Source: Ginglymostoma cirratum
Taxonomy: Eukaryota
Direction of reading: 5' to 3'
Length of the DNA: 64,000 bases
Assembly: GCA_024137785.1 (NCBI GenBank)
Contig: JAHRHZ010000062.1
Coordinates: forward strand, 26,894,244-26,958,243
Shown here: in pieces, positions 12,800 through 25,005 of the stretch
How positions within the stretch are numbered: position 1 is the first letter of the stretch
Layout of the letters: each line of letters begins with the position of its first letter
Notes under the pieces: model-generated
Told to the model about the DNA's origin: nothing
The model's database searches: none
The model's input: only the letters and a program-made list of their open reading frames with translations
Program-made: the position numbers and the translations under genes

Positions 12800-13050
12800 A
12801 GAACTCTGGACATCATTAACACCTACGTTCAAAAAAACAATAAAATCAATACTGAACTAAGGAGGAAAACATTAGAAGTCTGAAGAGATTGTTTTTGAAG
12901 AAGTCTTAAGGAAAGAGCAGGACATACAGGACAGGAGAGGGTTAGGGAGTACAGTGAGACAACTGAAGGCTATGTCACCAATGTTGGATGAAGTAGAGTG
13001 AAGTACATAACAACACAAAAGTCAGAGGAAATTCACACTCAGGAGGGATA
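12800..13050 (-). mobile_element. L2 LINE 3' fragment, diverged
   Basis: gattgtttttgaagaagtcttaaggaaag...aggttagggag resembles the reverse complement of 12495-12720. Confidence 0.45.
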
Positions 13051-13399
13051 TTGGTCATGTGTGACAATACCTGGTACTTACCTTGACTCCTGAATTGCTA
13101 TTATCTAGGCAGACAACTTGTTCAAAATCAAATCTGGATGAGTTTCAACTTGCAAATTTCATTATTGGCTCATTGGGTGCCAAGAACCTCAACCCCATGG
13201 CTTTGGTCTCTTGCTAAAGACTGTGTCTCTCTCCCCAGCACTCTTCCAAGATAAATTAGCTAGTTTATAATCTTGTCATCCTGTTTCATCCTCAACTGAG
13301 TTTTAAATCCAACATCCCCTCCATCATTGAATTGCTAGTACCTCTGTAGCACTTTTACCTTCACTCTACCTCCGCCACTATGCATATTTTTGTATGTCA

Positions 13400-14045
13400 C
13401 ATAAACTTCTGCATATCAGAAGAAATAATTTATAGTATGTCACAAATATTCTATGTATGAGGGAAAACTATATGTAGCAGATTACTGTATATTGGAAGAA
13501 ATGCTGTACACCATGTTGATAAGAGGTTCTGTGCATCACAGACATATCATGTCTTAGTGAGACTGCTTTATGTTATACAGATGTACTGATTACCAGAGAG
13601 ATCTCTGCATATCAAATGGAATGTGGTGTACCAGAGAAAATGCTGTGTATCAGATTACTGTACACTGAAGAACAAATTGTACATCGTGATGACTTCCATA
13701 TCATAGAAAATGCTATATATGAAGGAACTGGGTAAACAGAGATTTAGTGTGTGTCACAGGGAATGCTGTGTATTGTAGAGATTATCATACTCTACAGAGT
13801 AGGCTTATATTAGAAATGTTGTTCGGTATTGAGAGAAGTTTGTATATCACCTAGATTGCTGCACACCACAGAAATGGCTGGACATCATAGGTGCTGTATT
13901 TCATCTACAGTTTTATATACCACAAGGATTAATGCATTTTACAGAGGTTGTGGTATACCATGGAGGGCAAAGTAATATCAGAATGATTATCATCTATTTG
14001 AAAAAGCTCAGCATTACAGTGACTGCTGTGTATTACAGTATATAT
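13400..14045. repeat. Degenerate minisatellite, ~19-21 bp unit (AATGCTGTGTATCAGAGAG-like), left part
   Basis: Recurrent ctgtatat/ctgtgtatcag/ctgcatatca. The same units resume at 15105-15280. Confidence 0.6.
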
Positions 14046-14049
14046 AAAG

Positions 14050-15100
14050 TAATAGAGGTACACAGCATGGAAACAAATGCTTTGGACCAACTCGTCCTTG
14101 CCAACCAAATGTCCTAAATAAATCTCATCCCTTTTGCCAGCATTTGACCCATATCCCTCTAAACCCTTCCTATTCATATATCCATCCAGATGCTTTTTAA
14201 ATATTGTAATTGTACCAGCCTCCACCATTTCATCTGGCAGATCATTTCATATACGCACCACCCTCTGCGTGAAAATGTTGTCCCTTAGGTCCCTTTTATA
14301 TCTTTCTCCTCTCACCTCAAACCTATATCCTCTAGTTTTGGACTCCACCACCCTTGGAGAAAAGACCTTGCCTATTTACCCTATACATATCCCTCATGAT
14401 TTTATAAACCTTTATAAGGTCACAATATAAGCCCCTGAAGCTACAGGGAAAATAGCCCCAGCCTATCCTTACAGCTTAAACTCTCCTACCCTGACAACAT
14501 CCTTGTAAATCTTTTCTGAGCACTTACTAGTCTCACAACATCCTTCCTATAGGAGGGGGACCAGAATTGTATGCAATACTCCAAAAGTGGCCAAACCAAT
14601 GTCCTATACAGCTGCAACATGGCTTTCCAACTCCTATACTCAATGTCCTGACCAATAAACGCAAGCATATAAAACACCTTCTTCACTATCTTGTCCACCT
14701 GCAACTCCTCTTTCAAGGAACTATGAACCTGCACTCCAAGGTCTGTTTGTTCACCAACTTTCACCAGGATCACATCATTATGCGTGTAAGTCCTGCCCTG
14801 ATTTGCCTTCCTAAGATACAGCACCTCACATTTATCTAAAACTCCATCTGTCACTGCCCAGCCCATTGGCCCATCTGATCAAGATCCCGTTGTATACTGA
14901 GGTAACTTTCTTCGCTGTCCAGTACATCTCCAATTTTAGCATCATCTGCAGACTTACTAACCATACCTCCTACGTTCACATCCAAATCATTTATATAAAC
15001 AACAAAAAAGCAATGGACCCAGCACTGGTCCTTGTGGCACACTGCTGGTCACAGGCCTCCAGTGTGAAAAGCAGCCCTCCTCCACCACCACTTTCTGTCT
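14050..15100 (-). mobile_element. CR1 (HER1-like) LINE, 5'-truncated, ~1 kb
   Basis: Minus-strand VPQGPVLGPLL/VYINDLDVNVGGMVSKSADDAKIG, KCEVL, DLGVQVHSSLK, LYRTLVWPLLEYCIQFWSP (ORFs 14851-15042, 14486-14866), followed by a 3' UTR. Confidence 0.93.
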
Positions 15101-15104
15101 TCAA

Positions 15105-15280
15105 TGACATAAACTGGACAGAGTTCTGTATATCAGGGAGAATGCTGGATTATCAAAGAAGTTGTGTGTCAGAAAAAATGCTCTATATAAACATGCATTA
15201 GAAAGATTGTCAAATGTTTTGGAAGTAACTATGTCAGTGAGATTTATGTTCAAAGAGATTGTTATGTTTCTATGCTGCTT
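15105..15280. repeat. Right part of the minisatellite interrupted by CR1
   Basis: gagttctgtatatcagggagaatgctggattatcaaagaagttgtgtgtcagaaaaaatgctctatata has the same unit as 13400-14045. Confidence 0.55.
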
Positions 15281-16037
15281 TATATTTTTCAGGAATTGAT
15301 AATACTTGATCAGGGAAGTTCTATTCAAATTCAAACAGAGGATCCTGAGAGTTTGCTACAGGAAAACAGTGAAAGTGTTTAGAAATTCCTGTTGCATTCA
15401 TCATGGCAAGGAATTCCGGATGTTGCTATGAGGAAGTTCAGGCCAGAATGCAGTTATCAGTCCCCGGGGACGTGGGTTGGGAAGTTTGTTGAAGGCATGA
15501 AGATCCATGCACTGTCTGACACGATACATAACCTTAGTAGATTTGAGTGGGGTTTTCATAACAATGGTTCAAACTGTAACTCGATTCAGTTTTGCTATTG
15601 TACACTATCATTTTATCATGACTCCCTTCCTGTTAACATACTTATACACACAGCAGAGCACTGAATTATTTTTAATCTGCATATTTTGAATCTTTTATGT
15701 CATGTAAATTTTAAATAGCTTTGATTGGACTAATGCTGTTAGGAATTTAGTTCCCTGTGATATTGCTGTTTTTAGATGCAACTCTTTGCTTATAATCAAA
15801 TCAGATCTGAATCTGGAATGTTTAGTCCATTCCTGGTCCAAAATCCTAACATGTCCCTAGCCAAGATAAAAGGAGTTCTGGTTTGGCCAATGACTGCCGA
15901 AGTTCCAGAAGTTGGCAGCTACTGTTGGCTGGCTTCCCTCTTGTTGAAGGCAAAATGTTGACATATCAATGAATGGATGGTGTATCACTAGGGTCTTATT
16001 CTGCTGTGAGTTGACAGGCACCAAACAGAAACTAATG

Positions 16038-16690
16038 GGCAGAATTTTACCAGCCCCATGTGACAAGAATGGAGGTGGTGGAAGGAACGGAGGAGAGAAT
16101 GGCTTTTGTCTGGTAAAATTGCAGGGAGCCATGTCACATTGGATCCCTGGTTATGTCCCTTGCTTGGGAATGTTACCAACATTGGCATCACATTCGAAAA
16201 AGTAGCTTGACACCAGGAGTCAGACAAGCCAATTTGTAAAGTCCATGTTCGGAGCCATTTTGCTGATGTGGCCCCGTCATATGGAAAGGCAGCCAGTTAA
16301 ATTGAGCTGGCCTCCCAGTGGCAGCCAGAGAGGCAGTATTTGTAAAACAATAAAAATTGGTTCCACAGGCAGGAAAGGGAGCACTGTGGCTCTAATGATA
16401 TTCTTGAAAAGATTTACCCTCCAATTTTTTTGAAGAATGCTTTATTCCTACTTGTTGAAAGCCGTAGGGCACTGCCACCTCAACAGTGGCCATCGCTCCC
16501 AGCAGCACACTGAGCTCCTGAGCTCTGATTTGTGTTACTACTGTGCAGCCCAACATCATCCTGCAAGTAACTCAGTGCCACTTAAAGTCACAACCTAACT
16601 GGTAAAGTGCAGTTCCACATTTTGCTGAAAATAATTCACTGCCAGTTAAATTAGAACTTCACATCTCTGTTTGAGATTGTGGCCTTAGAA
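16038..16690. mobile_element. Putative non-autonomous DNA transposon (Harbinger-type MITE) relic
   Basis: Starts GGGCAGAATTTTACCAG, with an inverted CTGGTAAAATT at 16110. The interior is GC-richer and weakly shares a gagctctgatt motif with 40405 and 60232. Confidence 0.4.
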
Positions 16691-19552
16691 TGTTGGTGAA
16701 AAACACTAATGCAAACTATACAGAATGCTCAGTCATTTTTCAATGTACTGTTCAATATTGCTTCTGTCAGTCACGTGATACATAACTACATTTTTTTAAA
16801 ACATAAAAGGCATTGCAATACACGTCTCATTGACAGATAGTGCATTTTGAGAATTCTAAGCTTAAAGAATAATAAGGTGAGCACAAGGTATTGAAAGAAA
16901 CTGAGCCAGCAGAGGGAGTTGAATGCTGTTCACATTCTTGGGGGTTCAAGTAATGTTTATAAATCACTGTGTTGCACAGCAGTGCCTCAAGGCATCATCT
17001 GAACTTCATTGTATCCCAGCATTAGATCTCTTTTAGGTGTTTATAGAAATACATGCTGGTAACATTATTTCCAGGAAACCAGCTCTTAGCTGATGGCTAA
17101 TAAACTTCAATGCTCGTGTCTCAAACCCCATAATGTGACGTAAGCTTCATTCAAAATTAAAACTCTTTTCTCATTGTATAAACCATGGAGAATTGGGCAC
17201 GTGCTGAGTTTGCAGAGTTATGATTTAGGCCCAGTGACTTGTCAGAAACTGAAAAACTGGAGGGCTTTACAAGGGCTTTAGACACCTTGAGGGCAATTCC
17301 CTGAAATTACTGCTGGAGTTCTGGCTCCCAGCATACGGTTCATTGACTGGGCAGGTTGGAGATATTTTTCTCCAAAATAGGTGCTGTTTATATTTCGGTC
17401 TTGATAACCTGGATGGTAAAATACTTGAAGCAGTGGTCACCATTGATTTCAATATGGCCCCATTATCAGTGTCAACTGCACAAACGAATCTGGCCAAATC
17501 TGCCATGACACCTGCTGATGGTAGATATTAAAAGACACCTCATGATTAGGAAAGTTTTACAGTTGTAATCTTACATTGGATGTCAAGTGACCTAGAATAT
17601 GTTTGAAATTTTCTTTTGCAATTTACAGCAACGTTGTCTCAGTTGTATATCCATCTGCAATCACTTATAGATCACCCTTCAATTAAAGTTATCTTAGGTT
17701 GTTAAACAATCACTGAGAGGTCTTTTTAAGACTTTAAAGTAAGTTCAATAGTTAAAGTATTTCAACTAGTAATCAATTCTAAAATTATTCATTCAAAATG
17801 TAACTGTAAACTGTAAACTAAAATGAAGCCCAACGTTATCTCCAACCCTCAATCAAAACTCTAACTTCTAAACTAACCTAAAACCCCAGTTCAAAATCTA
17901 GTCCACTCATATAAGTCAGCCCAAAACCATTTTCCATCCAAATTCGCTCATCTAACCTGGAAAGATTCTATTTGCGGGCAGATCATGAAAATATCAGGAG
18001 TATTGGCCAAACAGGAGACAGCAAAATGTCAGACAATGGCAGCAAGCCACAGATAATTCAAAAAATAGCTCACCTGCATTAGTAAGCAGGTACAGGGGCA
18101 TGCACTAGGAACTCGACAGAAACTGGCGTGACAAATTTCTTTCATTTGTTTCAACATCCAACAGTCAATGAAAAAGCCATAATTTGAAACTTTATGGCTA
18201 AATGACAAACCTGTACAATGACAAGCAATGAGTTATGCATTAGTCCAATCTAGCTAGGCTGAAAAATCTAGTTTAGTAGATTTCTGAAGATTTCATCACA
18301 TGATGTCTTCTTGCCAACCACCCTGCCTAGAAAAACCTTGCTTGATTCACCCTTCGTGAATTTTTTTATATCTAATCCATTCAAGCATTCAAAAAGCATT
18401 TTTAAACACACAATTTTGAATGACTCTAGAGGTTTTCTTCTAAGTTGCCTGCAGGTGTTTCCAGAAAAATAGTATTTTATCCCTAAAAACTCCAGGACAA
18501 TCCTTGAGAGTTGGTAACCCTATCCCCATCCCCAGTAATATGATTAACTATAGTATTTCCACCACCTTATGTCTCAAGATCAACTAAGCTGGCATAAAGC
18601 AGTAACCTGGAATCTTGTTGGAAATATGTCGTTCAATTCCATGCTGAACAATGTACTTATGACCAACTCTGTATTGAGCAGGTCATTTATCAACTGTTGC
18701 ATTACAATAAAAATTATGGAGTGAACTATTCAGAATAGAGGTGACAATGCCCTTTTAAGAAGAATAGACTGCAATGTTATTAAACAGTGTTATTGTGCTG
18801 AATAGTCCCCGAGTGGAACTAGTCAGCAAAATAAAAGGAACCTCTGAGTATTAAGGGTAAAATTGCCTTTGCTCCCAGCAGGAGGGCTACATTAAATTAG
18901 TACATATTGTATCGTTGCCTCCCTCTCAATTAACACAATCAGTATCATTTAATTTGCCGTACACTTTGTCTGTAAATGCGCTCAATTGATTTTGATTTCT
19001 CTTGAAAGTACGAGCGTAATTTTCTTGTAGACTTGTGATGTATTCTTTGCTTATTGTGGTTTGATTTGTTTCTAAAAGAGGTCACTACACAGAGTCAGTC
19101 TGAAAAGGACTGTGTGTCCTAGGCTGACGGCTGCCCTGACACTTGTCCTAGATGAACAAAATGCCAGACTTTGATATAAATGCCACTGACTTCCATGAAT
19201 TTGGGTTACAGCTGACTTTGAAGTGTGATTCTTTCACAGATTTTCTGCCTGACTACGATAGACCGTTTCTACTGTAGATCTGTTCAAACATTCCATAATG
19301 TTCTGCTTTCTCAAATAAAAAGCAAGTTATTAATTATATAACTATTGTTACCTCTGTGCAATTATACAAAAAAATTCTGATTGCCATTATCAACTGATTT
19401 TAGTTTGATTCCCTGGACCATTTTTCAGTCAACACAGGAGGCAAGCAGCCTTCTCTTTGTCATTGATCATGTTCAGCGGGTTGCTGTTCATCTGTGAGAG
19501 TGAACCAATGCTTATTCCACAAAACCTAAACCCTGGCTTTCAGTGCCGTAGT

Positions 19553-19805
19553 ATCACGGAATCCCTATAGTGAAAATAGAAGCTATTAGGCCCATCGAGT
19601 CTGTGCCAACCCTTCAAAGAGCATCCCATTCAGACTGACCATATCCCTGCATTTATCATGGCCAATCCACCTAACATGCATAACTTTGGACTGTGGCAGG
19701 AAACTAGAACATCCAATGGAAACCCACACAGACAGTCATACAAGGCTGGAATCAAACCCAAGTCCCTGGCGCTGTGATGCAGCACTGCTAACCACTGTGC
19801 CACCC
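19553..19805 (-). mobile_element. HE1-like V-SINE (internally deleted)
   Basis: Shares ggccaatccacctaac...tttggactgtgg...ggctggaatcaaaccc...tgctaaccactg with 8317 and 36461. Confidence 0.85.
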
Positions 19806-20769
19806 ATCTGTGTTTCCATTAACCTTTGTTCAATATATTTTTACCCAATGATATGATCAAGATTGGGAGCTTGGTGCATGAATAATTCTGGCTTCAGACC
19901 AATTTTATGTCCAAGCTTGACACAATGCATTGGATCACCAATGTGTTTCCTGATTAAAATGGAATTATATCTGCAGAGATCTGCCTTCTATTCATTTAGC
20001 AGGAAGTGGAGTATGTATGCAGCTTTATAAATACACACTTTCTTGCCATCTGAGATTTATCAAAGACATGCTTTTAAGGTAAATTTGCTTTATTGTTTTT
20101 TAAATCTTAAACTGAAGGTGTATTACTGTCGAGAGTACTGTGAGGGCGAATGAGCATTTATGTCTGTGCTCAGCTTTTGATCAGGCATGTATGATTTGAG
20201 AATAGGATTAATCTCATCATTGCTAGTTTGTTATTCATTGATATCAACAGTACTGAGTTCTTTCTGATAATACCCAAAATGATCAGTACATCAGCACTGA
20301 GGAAACAAAAGAAAGTTAGCTCTAGCCTAATGGCAAGTCTTTTTTGTGCACCAGGTAACTGGCCAGCATCAATATTTGCACAACACCGTAGCACATACTT
20401 TGCATTGTTATAAAGCATGCTGAGTGCTGGTTACTATCATTAAATGGACTGACCTTTTGATCTATGAAATACTTGAGTCTGTAGGCATAAACGAGAAATG
20501 ACATGAAGCATTTGTATTTTGTTTGGAGGGAGCAGAAAGATTGTTTTAACACTTGGGCCAAAAGGTCTGTGCTTTGGCATTTTGAGCATGTCATTTAATG
20601 ATTAGTTATTCAAAGCTATTACTACACAGTATTGATTCATTTAATTAATTGTTATCCTTGCATTTTGTATGCTTTTTAAAAAAATTAACTTCACATCATC
20701 TCATCAGACTTCATTATTGCTGTTGTGCCAGATGAGAATGTGGATCATTATTATCCTTTTGAGTGTTGT

Positions 20770-21225
20770 TGGACCTCCAAAATGTGTTCATGATGAATAA
20801 CACACTTGTAGAGTGAACCGTATCAGCACCATATTGGTGACTGTATCAGCACATACGAATTCAATAGCTATTAAGGTCCAGCCAATTTGTGACCATGAAT
20901 CAAGCAGATCGATACGTATATCTGCCAACAGTCACGATGCCTTCATTTTTCAGCAATCACTATGCCAGCTGCACTTGAGCCACCACAGTAAGCCAAAAGG
21001 TGGCAAGGGATATCAACTGACCAGATGGCTGATGACTTTGGTGCACAATGATTGCTCATATGAATGTCATCAATACACTGAAGCCCCATCAAATGTGACA
21101 TGCAATCCTTTGGTACTCTGAAACAAAACTTCCACTGCCTGGACTGTTCTGGAGGAACTCATCAGAGTGGGTGTCAAGATTTTTTGTGGTCTGCTACATG
21201 TTGTACAATCTTGCCATCAGTGAAG
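20770..21225 (+). pseudogene. PIF/Harbinger (HARBI1-like, DDE_Tnp_4) transposase relic
   Basis: ORFs 20813-21121 and 21100-21423 give KVQPICDH, NSHDAFIFQQS, GKGYQLTRWLMTLVHN and FGTLKQNFHCLDCSGG. A shifted frame gives VSRFFVVCYMLYNLAI. The motif order matches the Harbinger catalytic core. Confidence 0.85.
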
Positions 21226-21235
21226 AAGAGCAAAA

Positions 21236-21530
21236 ACAGAAAGACTTGCTGCTATATAGCACTTTTCACAACTTGCAGACATTTCAAAATGCTTTACAGC
21301 ACTGAAGTACTTTTTGAAGTGTGGCCACTGTTCTGTGGGAAATGTGGCAGCAAATCTCTGCACAGCAAACTCCCACAAACAAAAAAAATACCAGGGACTT
21401 TTGTTATGTTGATTGATGAATAAATATTGGCCTTGGCACCAGGGATGATTCCCTGGCTCTTCTTCCAAATAGCTCCATGGGATCATTAACACTCACCAAA
21501 GAGGTCTCTTGATTTTAAAGTTCTCGAAAA
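21236..21530 (-). mobile_element. Deu-domain SINE 3' half
   Basis: ctatatagcacttttcacaac...gaagtactttttgaagtgtggccactgtt...cacagcaaactcccacaaac...taaatattggcc...ctcttcttccaaatagctccatgggatc is a typical AmnSINE1/SacSINE1 Deu domain in reverse. Confidence 0.8.
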
Positions 21531-21601
21531 GAAACTGGGTAGTGAAAACATTAATAGGCAGGCAGCTGAAAGCTGTCAAACAGCTGATTTCACAAGCCAC
21601 A

Positions 21602-21700
21602 GACTCTTGTAGCACAGTGGTAGTATCCATACCTCTGGGCCAGCAAGTTTCCCCCATACTCTGCTCCAAAGATATATCCTGAAAACATTGATTGTCAATA
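21602..21700 (+). mobile_element. Short tRNA-headed SINE fragment
   Basis: gactcttgtagcacagtggtagtatccatacctctgggccag resembles gaccatgtggtgcaggggtagcatccctgccattgagccag at 35998. Confidence 0.55.
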
Positions 21701-21732
21701 GTTTCAATCAACAGGAATTGATTAATCTTGTA

Positions 21733-21839
21733 CAACAAGGTGTAGAGCTGGATGAACACAGCAGGCCAAGCAGCATCAGAGGAGCAGGAAGGCTGACGTT
21801 TCGGGCCTAGACCCTTCTTCAGAAATTTCTGAAGAAGGG
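21733..21839 (-). mobile_element. Penelope-like element terminus with fold-back palindrome
   Basis: Same family as 6458-6542 and 48741-48869. It ends in a perfect 28-bp palindrome (21812-21839) running into the gap. Confidence 0.8.
21792..21825 (-). ncRNA. Minimal type I hammerhead ribozyme motif (PLE-type)
   Basis: Minus strand reads tttCUGAAGA-A-GGG-ucuagg-CCC-GAAAC-GUC-agc: CUGANGA and GAAA cores, 3-bp stem II, palindromic ACGU in place of stem III, and a GUC triplet. Stem I is weak. Confidence 0.65.
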
Positions 21840-22239
21840 NNNNNNNNNNNNNNNNNNNNNNNNNNNNNNNNNNNNNNNNNNNNNNNNNNNNNNNNNNNNN
21901 NNNNNNNNNNNNNNNNNNNNNNNNNNNNNNNNNNNNNNNNNNNNNNNNNNNNNNNNNNNNNNNNNNNNNNNNNNNNNNNNNNNNNNNNNNNNNNNNNNNN
22001 NNNNNNNNNNNNNNNNNNNNNNNNNNNNNNNNNNNNNNNNNNNNNNNNNNNNNNNNNNNNNNNNNNNNNNNNNNNNNNNNNNNNNNNNNNNNNNNNNNNN
22101 NNNNNNNNNNNNNNNNNNNNNNNNNNNNNNNNNNNNNNNNNNNNNNNNNNNNNNNNNNNNNNNNNNNNNNNNNNNNNNNNNNNNNNNNNNNNNNNNNNNN
22201 NNNNNNNNNNNNNNNNNNNNNNNNNNNNNNNNNNNNNNN
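21840..22239. other. Assembly gap (400 N)
   Basis: Run of N. Confidence 1.
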
Positions 22240-24439
22240 AAAATGAGCTTTAAACTGAATTCTCAGTTTAAAACCCATAGAGCAGGGACAGGTGTTAGGG
22301 AAGGGAGGGGTAGTATTGGTTCTGCGCTTCTATCCCATACAGTGACACTTGCTGTTTGAGGATATTGGCCAAAACATTATTAAACTCCATCATTATTTGC
22401 CCACAGTGCCTGATAACATGCAGTGTTAAGGTTTATAAGGTAATTTTGTCATTTTGTGTACAATAGTGAAACACTGACATTATTTACATGTAGCACAGCA
22501 AGGAGTTAATATCTTATTAAGAGACAATATTGGTGAGAAGTATTTCTGAAATGACGACACATTGGTCAAAAAAGAATACCATGCACCTACACCTCCACCA
22601 TTCATTGAAATAAGTTCCATAGTGCAAGTAATTGCCTAAAATGAATGTAATGTATCAATAACACTTGTTTATATAGCATCTTATTACATTAGCAATCCCA
22701 TTGCACCTTAGACTGCAAATGTGTTTTGAAGAGCTGTTTCACATGCAAAAATAAATTTAGGTGATATTATATATTATAAACAAAGAAGATTGCAATTTTA
22801 AAGGTACTTGCTGGGTATGAACTATTCAGTGGAATCCGGTCCGGATGGGTTTAAAATACTGACCTGGAATCAAATATCCACTGGTATTGAAATAATAAAT
22901 TGAGGATTGCATTTTGGGAATTATCAACTCCAAATGAATATCTACATTTACTTTTCTGTTTCTGATTCAGAATATTCAACAATGAAGCTTATTGTGAAAC
23001 ATCTTAATGCTGAGGTTAGAAAGTCAATACCTAAATCAATTGGTTTAAGTGAACATTCTCCTAAACAGAAAGACCCACGAGAACTGCTCCAGTTCACTAC
23101 TCTCCTTCCTTTGGAGTTTGCTTTCTGTTTTTGTTTCTTTTGTTCCCCCACTCCACCCAACTTCCTCTAAAGCCTTCTGCTATATGGCCTGATGCAGAAT
23201 GTCTGCTCGAAGGTGTTATCTGGTTGACAGCAGGGCAGAATTTGTTCAGTCATTCAGGGTCAATGGGCGTATCCCTGTTTGTCTTCTCGCTTGTTTTGTC
23301 ACTTCCGGACATCAAGGTCACTAGAGTGTGCTCTTTTTTCTTGTTGTCTCTCTCTCTGTCTTTTCCATCTCCTCACATCCCCAAGTCATTCATATCTTGG
23401 AAAATCTATGCATTTTTTTCACTTTAAAATCAGGCATTCATTTTGTGATCCTGTTTTAATGTCTTCATCCTCAATTGTTTACTTATTTTAATAAGGCTGT
23501 TTTGTCACCGTCAGCCAGGCTCTCATTCACTGTGTCCTAAGCAGCATATTTAATGACTCAGATCAATTTGCCATGACCTCAAGAGCCTCAGCCTTTGTTT
23601 AATTTGTGGCATAGAAACGGATTAATGGCATAAATCAACCTCTAATGAGATTCAGGCCTGTTGTTACAGAAATATATAATAATTATGTTAATATTGAGAA
23701 GAATCAATGATAATGTGCATTGTGCACACCGACGTGCAAATGCAGGAGAGGTTGATTTTCAAACAAGACTTGACAAATCCCTGGTACATGCTAGCTTTTG
23801 CCAGTAAATAATTGCTGGATAATAGCACCCCTTTAAGCTGTTCTGAGTAGGCCACATGTCAAAACTATTAAGTCAAATGCCTCGTTTACAAAGCAGTCAT
23901 GGAATTTCACTGATCCACCTCTCTCTTTTTAACTAATACAGAATCTTTATCTTTGACAGGGAACCTGAGGCTCTGTTGGACCTGAAGTGTATTAGGCTTC
24001 AGGGTTCTGCTTTTATACAGAGGGAGGAGTGTTGACTGTAGGTGCAACAGTGCATGAATGTCCTTTCAGACAGCTGTATTCCGCAACTGGATTGCAAACA
24101 TGCGAAAGAACTAAGCAGTATGGGCAGGAGACAGCTCCGTTTACTGGTGCAAACTCACCTTAAACAACACTGACAGGAGAGGAAAGGTTACATTTCGAGG
24201 TTATCATAGAATGCTCTTGTCTGGGATTAAAACCATCAGCATTTTTGCAGTCCAATAGGCTTTTCCATTGGTGTCTATTATCATCGCCTGAAGGTGATAT
24301 AATGCAACACTGAGTCATATCAAATCATTATGATGGATGATATAGTTTGAAATTATAGTATTGGTACTGTCGCCTCATGCTCCTATTTGCTTTGGAAGCT
24401 TGGACAACCGTTAACAGGCTTCTCAGAGAAGAGACACTG

Positions 24440-25005
24440 AAGAAACTTCTTACTTAAGGAATGTCATGAGCAGTGCCTTTGTAACATTCTCCAAGTTCAA
24501 TGGCAGGAAGGGCAGTCCAATAACAATGTTGACTCCCAAACCAGCTTGTCCAACGTTGAAGTGTTGACCATTTAAAACCAGCTTCACTGAGTGGGGCATG
24601 TCGTCCATACACCTTTTCCGATCTCAGAAGGAAATTTGGTTGGGCAGGAGACTCCATGAGGGCAGTGAAAACCTTTTAAGGATGTCCTCAAAGCATCCCT
24701 GAAGAGGTCAAACATACCAACCGATTCATGGGTGACTGTCTTGTAGCTGATCAAAATCGGGAGGCTCATTTAGAAATTGAGCACATGGTGAGACTCAGCC
24801 ATGAATGTGGAGAGGCAAACTCAAGGTATCAGAGGCAATGTACAAACCTCCAAAATAACCTGTCTACCCAAACCTTCAAGCATCACTTGGCTCATCCATG
24901 TTAGAGTCCATAGATCACATATTGAACTTAGCAGACTTCTGAGAACCCATTGAATCAAAATGGAAACAAGTCATCCTTGATCCTTAGGGATTTTCTGAGA
25001 AGAAG
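24440..25005 (+). mobile_element. RTE-clade LINE 3' fragment
   Basis: Plus-strand QLH*VGHVVH (QLRWxGHV), GRRLHEGQ*KPFKDVLKASLKRSNIPTDSW and ...LRTH*, then the tail aagtcatccttgatcc...gagaagaag. Confidence 0.75.

Noticed and set aside
21493-22278. 261-aa ORF, plus the ORFs at 54162-54519
   Set aside because: They are artefacts of translating through N gaps.
23981-24003. Hairpin CCTGAAG-N9-CTTCAGG considered as a miRNA
   Set aside because: The stem is far too short for a pre-miRNA and no known mature sequence was recognised.
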